NCBI GenBank assembly: GCA_951804945.1
Contig: OX638166.1
Coordinates: 38,440,001-38,504,000, forward strand
Reading direction: 5' to 3'
DNA length: 64,000 nt
Origin: Podarcis cretensis
Lineage: Eukaryota
Position 1 is the stretch's first letter. Every line of letters begins with the position of its first letter. Below the pieces are notes generated by a model, which saw nothing but the letters and a program-made list of their open reading frames with translations, was not told the origin of the DNA and did no database searches. This document shows, one piece after another, positions 63,748 through 64,000 of this stretch. The translations under genes and the position numbers were made by a program.

Positions 63748-64000
63748 CAGCAAGCAAGATACAGACCCACAAATTCAAGTGCTGCTACACTTTGGCTATG
63801 GGTTAAGGTCAAGTACATTGGCTGGATCAATACTAATTAGTACTTATGTGACTGTCTTCAACATTAATATACTGTGATGAAAATGGGTAGACAGAAGCAA
63901 AAGTGGACAGAGCAACAGATCTGTCTCTTACCTTTGGATAGTACACTATGTTCTAGGCATGTAAAAGCCACACCTCTCCAGAAAACAAGAGACATCATTT

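Overview
Vertebrate genomic DNA, almost certainly from a squamate and probably a lacertid lizard, judged from Sauria-SINE copies and other lizard-type repeats. It carries two tandem minus-strand genes in the order seen at human Xp11.22. The first is the 3' part of WNK3: 17 phase-consistent coding exons from 63194 to the stop at 22564, totalling 6792 nt, with the kinase domain beyond the right edge and a probable ~7 kb 3'UTR. The second is the 5' end of FAM120C: a CpG-island promoter and coding exons 1-3, continuing past the left edge. The rest is intron or intergenic DNA with SINEs, MITEs, LINE fragments and solo LTRs. Highlights: (1) a 3099-nt phase-0/0 WNK3 exon encoding a Gln/Pro/Met tandem-repeat, prion-like domain that canonical human WNK3 lacks as I recall it; (2) a Penelope-like inverted repeat in a WNK3 intron with an intact minimal hammerhead-ribozyme motif on the sense strand; (3) a FAM120C promoter built from ZNF143/THAP11 and YY1 motifs, including two composite modules with identical spacing, plus a strong-Kozak uORF and an inserted solo LTR; (4) a GC-AG intron, a conserved 18a/18b-type alternative donor and two candidate cassette exons in WNK3. 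Coordinates were read by eye. Family names come from recognition and memory, not database searches.
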